Shown piece after piece: positions 44,356-58,846 of a DNA stretch of 64,000 nt. Within the stretch, counting starts at the first letter, position 1; every line of letters starts with the position of its first letter. This DNA is from the human T2T-CHM13v2.0 reference genome, Homo sapiens. Under the pieces are notes generated by a model that worked only from the letters and a program-made list of their open reading frames with translations, did not search any database and had not been told where the DNA came from. The position numbers were made by a program, and so were the translations under genes. The DNA is taken from the NCBI RefSeq assembly GCF_009914755.1, contig NC_060947.1. One strand, written 5' to 3'.

Positions 44356-44364
44356 CTTAACACA

Positions 44365-44665
44365 TTTTTTTTTTAAGAGATGGGGTCTCGCTCTGTCACT
44401 CAGGCTGGAGTGCAGTGGAATGACCTCAGCTCACTGCAGCCTTGAAATCTTGGGCTCAAGCAATCCTACTACCTCAGTCTCTCGAATAGCTAGGATTACA
44501 GGTGTATGCCTCCACACTGAGCCATTTTTTTAATTTTTTATCTTTTGTAGAGATGAGGTCTCACTCTGTTGCCCAGGCTGCTCTTGAACTCCTGGGATCA
44601 AGCCATCCTCCTGCCTCGGCCTCCCAATGTGCTGGGATTACAAACATGAGCCACTGTATCCATCC
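44365..44665 (-). mobile_element. AluJ-type SINE
   Basis: GCTCACTGCAGCCTTGAAATCTTGGGCTCAAGCAATCCT; full dimer. Confidence 0.88.
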
Positions 44666-46169
44666 CATTTTACCACATTTCATGTTAGAAGATAACTCGA
44701 CTGTAACGATTTGTCTATAGTTTCTGCCTTATGCTTGATTACTCCTTCAGCATATTCTTCGGGAATCCTCTTCATCTTCTTGACTCCATTTTAGACGTGC
44801 CTTAGAACATTATCATAGATTCTCTGTGCATTCACCAGATGAGAGATTTTATTGATTGACTGGAATTTGGTGACAGCGTACCACCTTTTTCTCTGACTAT
44901 TTACCCCTCTTTCTTACCATCTAACTTAGACATATTTTTACCACCTCAAGTTGTATATTGGTTAAGACTAAATTCTCCTTACCCTGAATACAACTGGTAA
45001 CATTTTGACTAGAAGAGGTAAGGGTGGAGTGAGAGGCAAACAGGCCTGGAAGCCAAGCTCGGGAAAGAAGTAAGAAATGTGTATTTTCCAACCAACTAAA
45101 GGAATAAAACATGCACCTATTTGCTCGTCTTATCTCCTTAAAGAAAGGGTCCTTGAATTAGCTACTAGCGCACTTGTGACCTTCTCCATGGTACCTGACA
45201 TGCTGTGAATAGTCAGAATGGGTTGTACTCACCTTCTCTTTTATATTGTTTAGTGTTAAATTCAAGGTTTAGTGAAAATGTAACAAATATAACAAAACCC
45301 AGTGAGCCTATATTACACCATTTATTGTGGTTAAAGTGATAAAAGTTGTACTGAAAGTATACAGTTGGAGAGAAACACTCCTCAGATTTTTCAAGACAAA
45401 GAAACACAAACATATTTCAGAAATTTTCTAAATAGCTATACATTTATAATGGAATGAATAAAATTATTTATTTAATTAAATCCCCCATCTTTATGGATAT
45501 ATTCCTTTTGAGAATAATATGAACAGAAATAAGTACCATTTTTCTAAGAAAGGTGTGTTGTCATCTGGCATCAGCAAAATCAAAAAGAGCACTATTATAC
45601 CACTAAAAATCTTGATCCTTGTCTTCTAGTCTTTGAAGCTGTGATTACTGCAAGTTTACTTCAGATTTACATTGAAGCAAAAAATCTCCTTTCCACTTGT
45701 CATTTTACCCAGTGGTCTCAGAATTAAATTAAGCTATTTTGGTGGGGGAGGAAAGGAATAGATTTGCATAGTGAGATTAACTCCTTTTCCAGGAGTAGGC
45801 CCTGATCACACTGTAATAAAAACAAGTACCAAAAACAAGTGAAGAAAATAGGCTAGACCCCAAATCAAATGTTAATATTAATGCAAAAGTAGGGAGGAGA
45901 CAAAGGTAGAATTGCAAAGTAATTGTCAACACAACATAGAATGAAAATAAGTGGTCACCCCTTGCATCATATACGCATGTCACACTGCTGCTACCTGCCA
46001 CAAACCAGAGATAAGCTCGTGGAAGAATTGATACTCTCTCTGAACCAAACTAGGGGTGGAGGAGGGGTGGAAGTCTAGAGAAGGCTGGATGAATAGTTAT
46101 TCTTTAAGTAACACATAGGAAGGGTGGAGGAGAAGGTGATAGATGAGGAGGAGTAGAACTAGGAATAAA

Positions 46170-46785
46170 ATGTTATAATTTGACAACTCCCTCCTGCAAT
46201 TCCTTTATAGTCACATCTCCTCCCCCCCTACACCCCCAACTCCTGGCAACCACTGATGAATTATCCATCTTTATAGGTTTCTCTATTTCAGAATAACATA
46301 CAAATAGAATCACACGGTATGCAGCCTTTGGGTCTGGCTTCTTTGACTCAGTATAGTTCCTTGGAGATTCATTAAATTTGCTGCACATATCAATAGCTTG
46401 TTCCTTTCTATTGATGAGTAGTATTCCAGGATGTATATGACTGTATCACTGTTTGTCTAACCATGAATTTATCTGAAAGACAGCTGGGTTGTTTCCAGTG
46501 TTTGTCTATTACAAATAAATCTGCTATTCATGTACAAGATTTTTTTGTGAACATACGTTTTCTTTTTTTTTTTTTTTGATAAATGATCAAGAGTGCAATT
46601 GCTGGGTGATATGATAACTGTATGTTTAGTTTTATAAGAAACTGTCAGAGTGCTATGCCAACAGCAATGTATGAAAGATTCAGTTGCCCCACATCCTCAC
46701 CGCCATTTGGTATAAATAATATTTTTATTTTAGCCATTCTAATTGGTATATAATGGTATCTTATGGTGATTTTAATTTGTCAAAT
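46170..46785 (-). mobile_element. Old L1M 3' end fragment
   Basis: CTCCTGGCAACCACTGAT...TTTGGGTCTGGCTTCTTTGACTCAGTATAGTTCCTTGGAGATTCAT. Confidence 0.7.
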
Positions 46786-46884
46786 ACTTTGTATGATTTT
46801 CAATTCATAGCATTGTGTGACTTTTCCTTCCTAAATCTGTTAATATAATGGATAACCTCAATGGATTGGGGGGAGGAATAACTT

Positions 46885-48048
46885 TTTTAAAAATAGATTT
46901 TAGTTTTTAGAGCAGTTTTAAGTTTACAGCAAAATTGAGCAGAAAGTGCAGAGTTCCCATATATTCCCTCACCTCCACACTTGCATGGCCTCCCCCACTA
47001 TCAACATCCCCCACTAGTTACAATCGATGAACCTACATTGACACATCATTACCATCCAAAGTCCAGTTTCATTAGGGTTCACTCTTGGTTTTGTATACGC
47101 CATATATTTTGACAAATGTATAATGACATGTATCCACTAGTATAGTATAGTATAGGTGTAGTATAGTATGGTATAGCATAACATAGCTTTGTATATACAG
47201 AATAGTTTCATTGCCCTAAATATCTTCTGTGCTTTGCCTATTTATTGCTCCCTTTCCCCAAACCCTGGCAACCACTGATCTTTTTACTGTCTCTATAGTT
47301 TTGCCTTTTCCAGAATGTCATATAGTTGAAACCATACAGTATATAGCAGACACCTCACCAAAGAAGGTATGCATTTGGCAAAGGAACCATACAAAAAGGT
47401 TCTTGACATCATATGTCACTACAAAATTTCAAATTAAGACAGCAAAGAGATACCACTATATACCTATTGAAATAGTGAAAACCCCAAACACTGACAACAC
47501 TAACTGCTGGTGAGGATGTGGAGCAACAGGAACTCTCATTCATTGCTGGTGGGCATGCAAAGTGGTACAGCCACTTTGGAAGACAATGCAACAGTTTCTT
47601 ACAGAACTAAACATACCCTTACCAAACAATGCAACAATCATGTTTCTAGCTAGTTACCTAAATGAGTTAAACATGTGGGCCACACAAAAACCTGTACATG
47701 GATGTTTATAGCAGCTGTATTCAGAATTGCCAGCACTTGGAAGCAACCAAGATATTTTTCAGTAGGTAAGTGGATAAACTGTGGTACAATGAAATTTTAT
47801 TTAGCACTAAAAAAATATGAGCTACCAAGGCATGAAAAGACATGGAGGAATCTCAAATGCACATTACTAAGTGAAAGAAGCCAATCTGAAAAGGCTATAT
47901 GCTGTATTATTCCAACTGTATAACATCTGGAAATGGCAAAACTCTGGAGACTGAAAAGATGAGTGGTTGCTACAGGTTCAGGAGATGGGAAAGGGATGAG
48001 TATGTGGAGCACAGAGGATATTTAGGGCAGTGAAACTGTTATGTATGC
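46885..48048. mobile_element. L1MC1-like 3' pieces in opposite orientations (minus 46885-47348, plus 47349-48048)
   Basis: Both pieces resemble the L1MC1-like 3' end at 12150-13130. Confidence 0.7.
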
Positions 48049-48225
48049 AAAATTGAACAGCCATTTTGGAATATAGTTTGGAAGTTTATTACAAAGCTAA
48101 ATAGTCTTACCAACAATTGTGCTCCTGGCTATTTACCCAAATAAGCTGAAAACTTATGTCCACACAAAAACCTGTACATTAATGTTTATAGCTTCTTTAT
48201 TCATAGTCATCAAAATTAGAAGCAA

Positions 48226-51200
48226 TGGGTGACTGGCAAGATGGCTGAATAGGAACAGCTCCAGTCTGCAGCTCCCATTGAGATCAATGCAGAAGGTGGG
48301 TGATTTCTGCATTTCCCACTGAGGTACCCTGCTCATCTCATTGAGACTGGTTAGACAGTGGGTGCACTGTAGCCCATGGAGGGCGAGCCAAAGCAGGGTG
48401 GGCCGTCACCTCACCCGGGAAGCACAAGGGGTCGGGGAACTCCCTCCCCTAGCCAAGGGAAGCCATGAAGGACTGTGCCATGAGGAACAGTGCATTCTGG
48501 CCTGGATACTATGCTTTTCCCATGGCCTTTGCAACCCTCAGACCAGGAGATTCCCTCAGGTGCCTATGCTACCAGAGCCCTGGGTTTCAAGCACAAAACT
48601 GGGCAGCTGTTTGGGCAGACACAGAGCTAGCCACAGGAGTTTTGTTTTGTTTTTTTCATACCCCAGTGGTGCCTGGAATGCCAGAACCTCCCTGGAAAGG
48701 GGGTTGAAGCCAGGGAGCCCAGTGGTCTAGCTCAGCAGATCCCACCCCCATGGAGCCCAGCAAGCTGAGATCCACTGGCTTGAAATTCTCACTGCCAGCA
48801 CAGCAACCTGAAATCTACCTGGGACACTTGAGGTTGGTGGGGGAAGGGGCGTCTGCCATTACTGAGGCTTGAGTAGGCGGTTTTCCCCTCACAGTGTAAA
48901 CAAAGCTGCAGGGAAGTTCAAACTCGGCGGAGCCCACCACAGCTCAGCAAAGCTGCTGTAGCCAGACTTCCTCTCTAGATTCCTCTTCTCTGGGCATGGC
49001 ATCTCTGAAAAAAAGGCAGCAGCCACAGTCAGGGGCTTATAGATAAAACTCCCATCTCCCTGGGAGAGAGCACCTGGGGGAACGGGCGGCTGTGGGGGCA
49101 GCTTCAGCAGACTTAAACATTCCTGCCTGCTGGCTCTGAAGAGAGCAGCAGATCTCCCAGCACAGCACTCAATCTCTGCTAAGGGACAGACTGCCTCCTC
49201 AAGTGGGTCCCTGACCCCTGTGCCTCCTGACTGGGAGACACCTCCCAGCAGGGGTGGACACACCTCATACAGGAGAGCTCTGGCTGGCAACTGGTGGGTG
49301 CCCCTCTGGGACAAAGCTTCTAGAGGAAGGAACAGGCAACAATCTTTGCTGTTCTGCAGCCTCCACTGGTGATACCCAGGCAAACAGGATCAGAAGCGGA
49401 CCTCCAGAAAACTCCAGCAGACCTGCAGCAGAGGGGCCTAATGGTTAGAAGGAAAACTAACAAACAGAAAGGAATAGCATCAATATCAACGAAAAGGACA
49501 TCCACGCAAAAACACAATCCAAAGGTCACCAACATTAAAGACCAAAGGTAGATAAATCCACAAAGATGAGGAAAAATCAGCACAAAAAAGACTGAAAATT
49601 ACCAAAATCAGAACACCTCTTCTCCTCCAAAGGATCACAACTCCTCGCCAGCAAGGGAACAAAACAAGATGGAGAATGAGCTTGACGAATTGACAGAAGT
49701 AGGCTTCAGAAGGTGGGTAATAACAAACTCCTCCAAGCTAAAGGAGCACGTTCTAACCCAATTCAAGGAAACTAAGAACCTTGAAACAAAGGTTAGAGGA
49801 ATTGCTAACTAGAATAACCAGTTTAGAGAAGAACATAAATGAACTAATGGAGCTGAAAAAGACAGCACAAGAACTTTGTGAAGCATACACAGGTATCAAT
49901 AGCCAAATTGATCAAACAGAAGAAGGATATCAGGGATTGAAGATCAACTTAATGAAATAAAGTGTGAAGACAAGATTAGAGAAAAAAGAATGAAAAGGAA
50001 TGAACAAAGCCTCCAAGAAATATGGGACTATGTGAAAAGACCAAACCTACGTTTGATTGGTGTACCTGAAAGTGACTGGGAGAATGGAACCAAGTTGGAA
50101 AACACTCTTCAGGATATTACCCAGGAGAACTTCCCCAACGTGGCAAGTCAGGCCAACATTCAAATTCAAAAATACAGAGAACACCACAAAGATACTCCTC
50201 AAGAAGAGCAACCCCAAGACACATAATCCTCAGATTCACCAAGGTTGAAATGAAGGAAAAAAATGTTAAAGGCAGCCAGAGAGAAAGGTCGGGTTAAAGG
50301 GAAGTCCATCAGACTAACAACGAATCTCTCGGCAGAAACCCTACAAGCCAGAAGAGAGTGGGGGCCAATATTCAACATTCTTAGACAAAAGAATTTTTAA
50401 CTCAGAAATTCATATCCAGCCAAACTAAGCTTCATAAGCGAAGGAGAAATAAAATCCTTTATAGACAAACAAATGCTGAGAAATTTTGTCACCATCAGGA
50501 CTGTCTTACAAGAGCTCCTGAAGGGAGCACTAAATATGGAAAGGAACAACTGGTACCAGCCACTGCAAAAACATGCCAAATTGTAAATACCATCAACACT
50601 ATGAAGAAACTGCATCAACTAATGGGCAAAATAACCAGCTAACATCATAATGACAGGATCAAATTCACACATAGCTATATTAATCTTAAATGTAAATGGG
50701 CTAAATGCCCCAGTTAAAAGACACAGACTGGCAAATTGGATAAAGAGTCAAGATCCATCAGTGTGCTGTATTCAGGAGACCCATCTCACATGCAAAGACA
50801 CACATAGGCTCAAAATAAAGGGATGGAAAAATATTTACCAAGCAAATGGAAAGGAAAAAAAGCAGGGGTTACAATCCTAGTCTCTGATAAAACAGACTTT
50901 AAACCAACAAAGATCAAAAAAGACAAGACCATTACATATTGGTAAAGGGATCAATGCAACAAGAAGACCTAACTATCCTAAATATATATGCACCCAATAC
51001 AGGAGCACCCAGATTCATAAAGCAAGTTCTTAGTGACCTACAAAGAGACTTAGACTCTCACACAATAATAGTGGGAGACTTTAACACCCCACTGTTAATA
51101 TTAGACAGATCAACAAGACAGAAAATTAACAAGGATATTCAGGACTTGAACTCAGCTCTGCACCAATCAGACCTAATAGACATCTACAGAACTCTCCACC

Positions 51201-54200
51201 CCAAATCCACAGAATATACATTCTTCTCAGCACCACATCACACTTATTCTAAAATTGACCATAAAATTGGAAGTAAAACACTCCTTAGCTAATGCAAAAG
51301 AAGAGAAATAATAACAAACAGTCTATCATACCACAATGCAATCAAATTAGAACTCAGGATTAAGAAACTCACTCAAAATCACATAAATACATGGAAACTG
51401 AACAACCTGCTCCTGAATGACTACTGGGTACATAATGAAATTAAGGCAGAAATGACTAAGTTATTTGAAACCAATGAGAACAAAGACACACATACCAGAA
51501 TCTCTGGGACAAAGCTAAAGCAGTGTTTAGAGGGAAATTTATAGCACTAAACGCCCACTGGAGAAAGCAGGAAAAATCTAAAATCGACACCCTAACATCA
51601 CAATTAAAAAAGCTAGAGAAGCAAGAGCAAACACATTCAAAAGCTAGCAGAAGACAAGAAATAACTAAGATCAGAGGAGAACTGAAGGAGATAGAGATGC
51701 AAAAAACCCTTCAAAAAAATCAATGAATCCAGGAGCTGGATTTTTGAAAAGATTAACAAAATAGATAGACCACTAGCCAGAATAATGAAAAAGAAAAGGG
51801 AGAAGAATCAAATAGACACAACAAAAAATGATAAAGGAGATATCACCACCGATCACACAGAAATACAAACTACCATCAGAGAATACTATAAACACCTCTA
51901 CACAAATAAACTAGAAAATCTAGAAGAAATGCATAAATTCCTGGACACATACACCCTCCCAAGACTAAAGGAGGAAGAAGTCGAATCCCTGAATAGACCA
52001 ATAACAAGTTCTAAAATTGGGGCAGTAATTAATAATCTACCAACCAAAAAAAGCCCAGGATCAGATGGATTCACAACCAAATTCTGCCAGAGGTACAAAG
52101 AGGAGCTGGTACCATTCCTTCTGAAACCATTCCAATCAATAGAAAAAGAGGGACTCCTCCTTAACTCATTTTACAAGGCCAGCATCATCCTGATACCAAA
52201 GTCTGTCAGAGACACAACAAAAAAAGAAAATTTCAGGCTAATATCCCTGATGAATATCGATGCAAAAATCCTCAATAAAATACTGGCAAACTGAATCCAG
52301 CAGCACATCAAAAAGCTTATTCACCATGATCGAGTGGGCTTCATCCCTGGGATGCAAGGCTGGTTCAACATACGCAAATTAATGAACATAATCCATCACA
52401 TAAACAGAACCAATGACAAAAAACACATAATTATCTCAATAGATGCAGAAAAGGCCTTTGACAAAATTCAACTGCCCTTTATGCTAAAAACTCTCAATAA
52501 ATTAGGTATTGATGAGACATATCTCAAAATAATAAATGCTATTTATGACAAACCCACAGCCAATATCATACTGAATGGGCAAAAGCTGGAAGCATTCCCT
52601 TTGAAAACTGGCACAAGACAAAGATGCCCTCTCTCACCACTCCTATTCAACATGGTATTGGAAGTTCTGGCCAGGTCAATCAGGCAAGAGAAAGAAATAA
52701 AAGTATTCAAATAGGAAGAGAGGAAGCCAAATTGTCTCTCTTTGCAGATGACATGATTGTATATTTAGAAAACCCCATCGTCTCAGCCCAAAATCTCCTT
52801 AAGCTGATAAGCAACTTCTGCAAAGTCTCAGGATACAAAATCAATGTGCAAAAATCACAAGTGTTCCTATACACCAATAACAGACAAACAGAGAGCCAAA
52901 TCATGAGTGAACTCCTATTCACAATTGCTACTAAGAGAATAAAATACCTAGGAATCCAACTTACAAGGGATGTGAAGGACCTCTTCAAGGAGAACTACAA
53001 ACTGCTGCTCAAGGAAATAAGAGAGGACACAAACATATGGAAAAACATTCCAGGCTCATGGATAGGAAGAATCAATATCGTAAGAATGGCCATACTGCCC
53101 ATGGTAATATATAGATTCAATGCTATCCCCATCAAGCTACCAATGACTTTCTTCACAGAATTGGAAAAAACTACTTTAAACTTCATATGGAACCAAAAAA
53201 GAGCCCATATTGCCAAGACAATCCAAAGCAAAAAGAACAAAGCTGGAGGCATCATGCTACCTGACTTCAAATTATACTGCAAGGCTACAGTAACAAAAAC
53301 AGCATGGTACTGATACCAAAACAGATATATAGACCAATGGAACATAACAGAGGCCTCAGAAATAATGCCACACATCTACAACCATCTGATCTTTGAGAAA
53401 CCTGACAAAAACAAGAAATGGGGAAAGGATTCCCTATTTAATAAATGGTGTTGAGAAAACTGGCTAGCCATATGCAGAAAACTGAAACTGGACCCCTTCC
53501 TTACACCTTATAAAAAAATTAATTCAAGATGGATTAAAGACTGAAATGTAAGACCTAAAACTGTAAAAACCCTACAAGAAAACCTAGGCAATACCATCCT
53601 GGACATAGGCATTGGCAAAGACTTCATGACTAAAACACCAAAAGCAATGTCAACAAAAGCCAAAACTGACAATTGGGATCTAATTAAACCAAAGAGCTTC
53701 TGCACAGCAAAAGAAACTATCATCAGAGTGAACAGGCAACCTACAGAATGGGAGACAATTTTTGCAATCTATCCATCTGACAAAGGGCTAATATCCAGAA
53801 TCTACAAAGAACTTAAACAAATTTACAAGAAAAAAACAACCCCATCAAAAAGTGAGTGAAGGATATGAACAGACACTTCTCGAGAGAAGACATTTATGCG
53901 GCCAGCAAACATGAAAAAAAAAGCTCATCATCATTGGTCATTAGAGAAATGTAAATCAAAATCACAATGAGATACCATCTCACAGCAGTTAGAATGACGA
54001 TCATTAAAAAGTCAGGAAACAACATGCTGGAGAGGATGTGGAGAAATAGGAATGCTTTTACACTGTTGGTGGGAGTGTAAATTAGTTCAACCATTGAGGA
54101 AGACAGTGTGGCGATTCCTCAAGGATCTAGAACCAGAAATACCATTTGAACCAGCAATCCCATTAGTGGGCATATACCCAAAGGATTATAAATCATTCTA

Positions 54201-54678
54201 CTATAAAGACACATGCACACCTGTGTTTATTGCAGCACTATTCACAATAGCAAAGACTTGGAACCAATCCAAATGCCCATCAATGATAGACTGGATAAAG
54301 AAAATGTGGTACATATACACCATGGAATACTATGCAGCCATAAAAAAGTATGAATTCATGTCCTTTGCAAGGACATGGATGAAGCTGGAAACCATCATTC
54401 TTGGCCAACTAACACAGAAACAGAAAACCAAACACCACATGTTCTCACTCATAAGTGGGAGTTGAACAATGAGAACACATGGACATAGGGAGGGGAACAC
54501 CACACATCAGGGCCTGTCGGGGGTTGGGGGCTAGGGAAGGGTTAGCATTAGGAGAAATAACTAATGTAGATGACAGGTTGATGGGTGCAGCAAACCACCA
54601 TTGCACGTGTATACCTATGTAGCAAATCTGCACGTTCTGCACATGTATCCCAGAACTTCAAGTATAATAAAAAATAAA
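48226..54678 (+). mobile_element. Full-length L1PA7-like LINE-1, inactive, inserted in an older L1MC 3' end (48049-48225 and 54693-55130)
   Basis: 5' end GACTGGCAAGATGGCTGAATAGGAACAGCTCC; ORF1 about 49566-50586 and ORF2 50650-54465, both disrupted; 14-bp TSD AAAATTAGAAGCAA at 48212-48225 and 54679-54692. Confidence 0.95.
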
Positions 54679-55134
54679 AAAATTAGAAGCAACCAATATG
54701 CCCTTCAATAAGTGAATGCAGAAACAAACTGTAGCATATCTGTATAGTGGAATATTATTCAATGATAGAAAGAAATGAGCCATCAAGCCACTAAAGACAC
54801 AAAGGAAACTTACTTGCATATTACTAAGTGAAAGAAGTCAGTCTGGAAAGGCTACATAGTATATGAACCCAACTATATGACATTCATTTGTCAAAACCCA
54901 TAGAACCGTACAACACAAGGAGTGATCCTTAAACTATGGACTTTAGTTATTAGTAATATATCAATATTGGTTCCTTGATTGTAACAAATATACCACATCT
55001 TTGCAAGATATTAATAATAGGGTAAAATTTGAGGGGGAAGGGAGGAGTTGGGATATAAGGGAACTCTGTACTTTATGCTTAATATTTCTATAAACCTAAA
55101 AAACTCTGAAACATAAAGCTATTAATTTTTAAAA

Positions 55135-55680
55135 ATACACTTACCATATGACACGGTAATCCCACTTCTAAGTATTTAGAGAAACGAAAACATGTTCTCA
55201 CAAAAAGATCATGTTCCCACAAAAAGTCTGTACATGGATGTTTATAGCAGTTATTCATCATAACCTCAAACTAGAAACAATCCAAATGTCCTTAAATAGG
55301 TGAATGGATAAGCAAACTGTGGTATGCCCATAAACTGAAATCTTGGCAATGAAAACAAGCTAACTATAGATACATGCAACAAGCTGGGTGAATCCCAAAT
55401 GCATTTTTCTAAGTGAAAGAAGTCAGATTCAAAGGGTTACCTATGTTACAATTTCATTCTATGACGTTATGGAAAAGATAAAACCAAAGGAACAGAAAAC
55501 AGATAACTGGTTACCTAGGGTAACTATAAAGAGGTAGAATGAGGTAATATTTTGGGTTGAGCAGACTGCTCTGTATCTTGATTGAGATGGTATTTACACA
55601 ACTCTATGCATTTGTCAAATCTCAAAGAGCTATACACTAAAAAAGAGATTATCTTACTGAATGTAAATAACAAAAATAAA
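55135..55680 (+). mobile_element. Old L1M 3' end
   Basis: CTTACCATATGACACGGTAATCCCACTTCTAAGTATTTA...GCATTTGTCAAATCTCAAAGAGCTATACACTAAAAA. Confidence 0.65.
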
Positions 55681-56257
55681 CAAAGGGTAACAGATGTCCC
55701 TCCTGTAAATGCCTCATGCATCACAGAAATAGGTTTACCATTTTTAGATACTGAAGTTACTGTGGCCTTGGAAACCTAGGTCTCTGCTAAAAAAAAAAAA
55801 AAGGTTAAAAGATGTTGCATTCTTTTTTTTTTTTTTTACCAGTTACTTTGATCCTGAAACAAATGAATAATTTCAGAGGCATTCTTTTTCACAGGTAGTC
55901 CTAAGTGCTAAGGCAGCATGAATCATAATTGTCAGGAAAAACTTCATAGATTCCGCTATAGTATCTCCGGTATTGTATCAGGACAATCTATAAGACATTT
56001 GGAGCTACACCAGTTGAAAGGTATTGGCTCAGTCAGCCCCCTTATTCAGTTTTGTAAATTAGGGGGCCACTTGAAGAAAATTCTATGGTTTATGCTAATA
56101 CACATGTAGCTGAAAATATAATTACATTTAAAATCTGTTGAATTTAAATTTACTACAGTTTTTTTTTTAAAGATCATGCTATCCTTCAGTCAGTCTTGCA
56201 GCAATTTTCCAACTCAATGTAGAACTACCAATGAAAAGTGATACCCTCAGGGAAACT

Positions 56258-56471
56258 ACACACAACACAGACACAACATACACATGCACAGACACAATCT
56301 CACCAGCACACACAGGCAGACAAACACGTACACACCCACCTATATTCACATGTACATACGTTCATCCTCGTGCATGCACACACATATAGTTATATATAGG
56401 CACACACATAAACACACAGTGACAGATCTATGTGTGCTCATACACAAAAAAGCACAACCCCACAATGCACA
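56258..56471. repeat. Degenerate (CA)-rich low-complexity tract
   Basis: Repeated CACA/CATA/CAGA units. Confidence 0.7.
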
Positions 56472-56499
56472 TTACTTTCGTTTCTCAAAAATTTAGACC

Positions 56500-56712
56500 G
56501 TTCAACCTGGGCAACATAGTGAGACCCCATCTCTACAAAAAATTAAAAACTTAGCCAGGCACGGTGGCGTGCACCTGTAGTCCTATAGCTACTTGGGAGG
56601 CTGAGGCAGGAGAATGGATTCAACCCAGGAGTTTGAGGTTACAGTGAGCTATGATCTTGCCACTGCATTCAAACCTGAGCAACAGAGTGAGACCCTGTCT
56701 CAAAAACAAAAA
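56500..56712 (+). mobile_element. 5'-truncated AluJ
   Basis: CAACCTGGGCAACATAGTGAGACCCC...GAGACCCTGTCTCAAAAA, flanked by an AAAAT(T)TAGACC duplication. Confidence 0.85.
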
Positions 56713-56744
56713 AATTAGACCATATATTATAATCCACAGTGTAA

Positions 56745-57375
56745 GAACCCGAAGTGTAAGTTCCACAATGAGATAACACTTTATACCTACTAGGAGTTGC
56801 CTAAATCCCAGCAATTTCACTCCTAAGTATATACCCAAGAGAATTGAAAACAGATGCTCCAAGCAAAACCTGTTCATGAATGTTCACAGCAGCACTAGTC
56901 ACAATAGCCAAAAGGTGGAAAGAAATTAAGTGCCTATCAACTGATGAATGAATAAACAAAATGTGATATATCCATGCAATGAAATATTATTCACCATAAA
57001 ATAAGTGAGTTTTAACACAATAAAAAAGCAGTAAAGTATCAGTACACGCTACATGGACAAACCTTGAAAACATTATACTAAATGAAAGCAGCCAGACACA
57101 AAAGGCCACACACCGTATAATTCTGTTTATATGAAATGTCTAGAATACACAAATTAATAGAGACAGAAAACATATTTGTGGTTCCCAAGGGCTGGAGAGG
57201 AGGAAGAATGGGATGTGACTTCTTAATGAGTACAGAGATTCATTACGGGGTGATGAAATTATTCTGGAATTAGAGAGCGGTGATAGTGCACAACGTTGTG
57301 ATTATAGTAAAAGCCACTGAATTGTTAACTTTTAAATGATTTAGAATGGTGAATTTTACCTCAATAAAAAAAATA
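56745..57375 (+). mobile_element. L1MB-like 3' end
   Basis: CCCAGCAATTTCACTCCTAAGTATATACCCAAGAGAATTGAAAACAG...GCCACTGAATTG...CTCAATAAAAAA. Confidence 0.8.
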
Positions 57376-58344
57376 AGTCTAGATTGATTGTTCTTTTGTT
57401 TCAGCACTTGAAAAACATTGTGTGTCACTTTCGTCTGGCCTCCACGATTTCTGAAGAAAAGTCCAGTAAAATTGTTGTTCTATTATAGGTGATGAATTGT
57501 TTCTTTCTGACTGCTTTAAAGACTCTTTCTTTGTTCTTGTTTTTCAGAAGTTTGATTACGATGTATCTTGGCATGGATTTCTTTGAATTTATATTGTTTG
57601 AGATTCACTTGCTTTATTTTTTAAATAAACTTTTTATCTTAGGATAGTTTTAGATTTACAGAAAAGTTGCAAAGATAGTACAAAGAGGACCTGTATACCC
57701 CACATCCAGCTTCCTCTATTGTTAACACCTTACATTGTACTATGATACATTCATCACAACTAATGAATACATTATTATCAACTGAAGTCCATCTTTTTTC
57801 AGATTTTGAAAGTTTTTACCTAATGTTCCAGGATTCAATTCTGGATACCACATTATAGTTAGTCATCATATCTCCTTAAACTTTTCTAGACTATGGGAAT
57901 TTCTCAGACTTTCCTTGTTTGAAATTCCTGATAGCAGTCATTGACAAGCATCACCCAGTTAACTTGTGTCCCAGGATTCACTCTGCCATGTTGTAAACCT
58001 GAAAGTATTTTATCTCCTACACTGAATTTTCCCTTGACCTGTTTTCCTTGAGGCCATTTCTATTTAACATGTTAAACTGTAACTCATCTTATTGAATCTG
58101 TATATTTATGTCTTTCTCTGATTTGGGAAATTTTCAGCTATTATTTTTTAAAATATTTTTCAGCCTTAATTTCTTTCCCTTCTCCTCATGGGTGTCCAAT
58201 GGCATAGATGTTATTGTTTCATAGGTTCCTGAGTGTCTTTTTAACTTTTTTCTAATCTATTTTCTCTTTGTCATTCATATTTGATCATTTTTATTTAAGT
58301 TCACTGATTATTTCCTGTGTATTCTCCATATGCTATTGAGTCCC

Positions 58345-58846
58345 TGTGATGGTTAATACTCAGTGTCAACTTGATTGGATGGAAGGATGCAAAGTATAGA
58401 TCCTGTGTGTGTCTGTGAGGGTGTTGCCAAAGGAGATTAACATCTGAGTCAGTGGGCTGGGAAAGGCAGACCCACCCTTAATCTGGGTGGACACCATCTA
58501 ATTAGCTGCCAGTGTGGCCAGGATATAAAGCAGGCAGAAAAAAGTGAAAAGGCTAGACTGGCTTAGCCTCCCAGCCTACATCTTTCTCCTATGCTGGATG
58601 CTTCCTGCCCTCGAACATCAGACTCCAAGTTCTTCAGCTTTGGGACTCAGACTGGTTTCCTTGCTCCTCAGCTTGAAGACAGCCTATTGTGGGACCTTGT
58701 GATGGTGTGAGTTAATACTACTTAACAAACTCCCCTTTATATATATGTGTGTGTTTGTGTGTGTTTGTGTGTGTGTGTGTGTATAGATATATAGATATGT
58801 ATATATCCTATTAGTTCTGTCCTTTTAGAGAACCCTGACTAATACA
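58345..58846 (+). mobile_element. MLT2A (HERV-L) solo LTR containing a (TG)n/(TA)n microsatellite
   Basis: Runs from TGTGATGGTTAATACTCAGTGTCAACTTGATTGG to GAGAACCCTGACTAATACA; perfect TSD GTCCC at 58340-58344 and 58847-58851. Confidence 0.93.
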
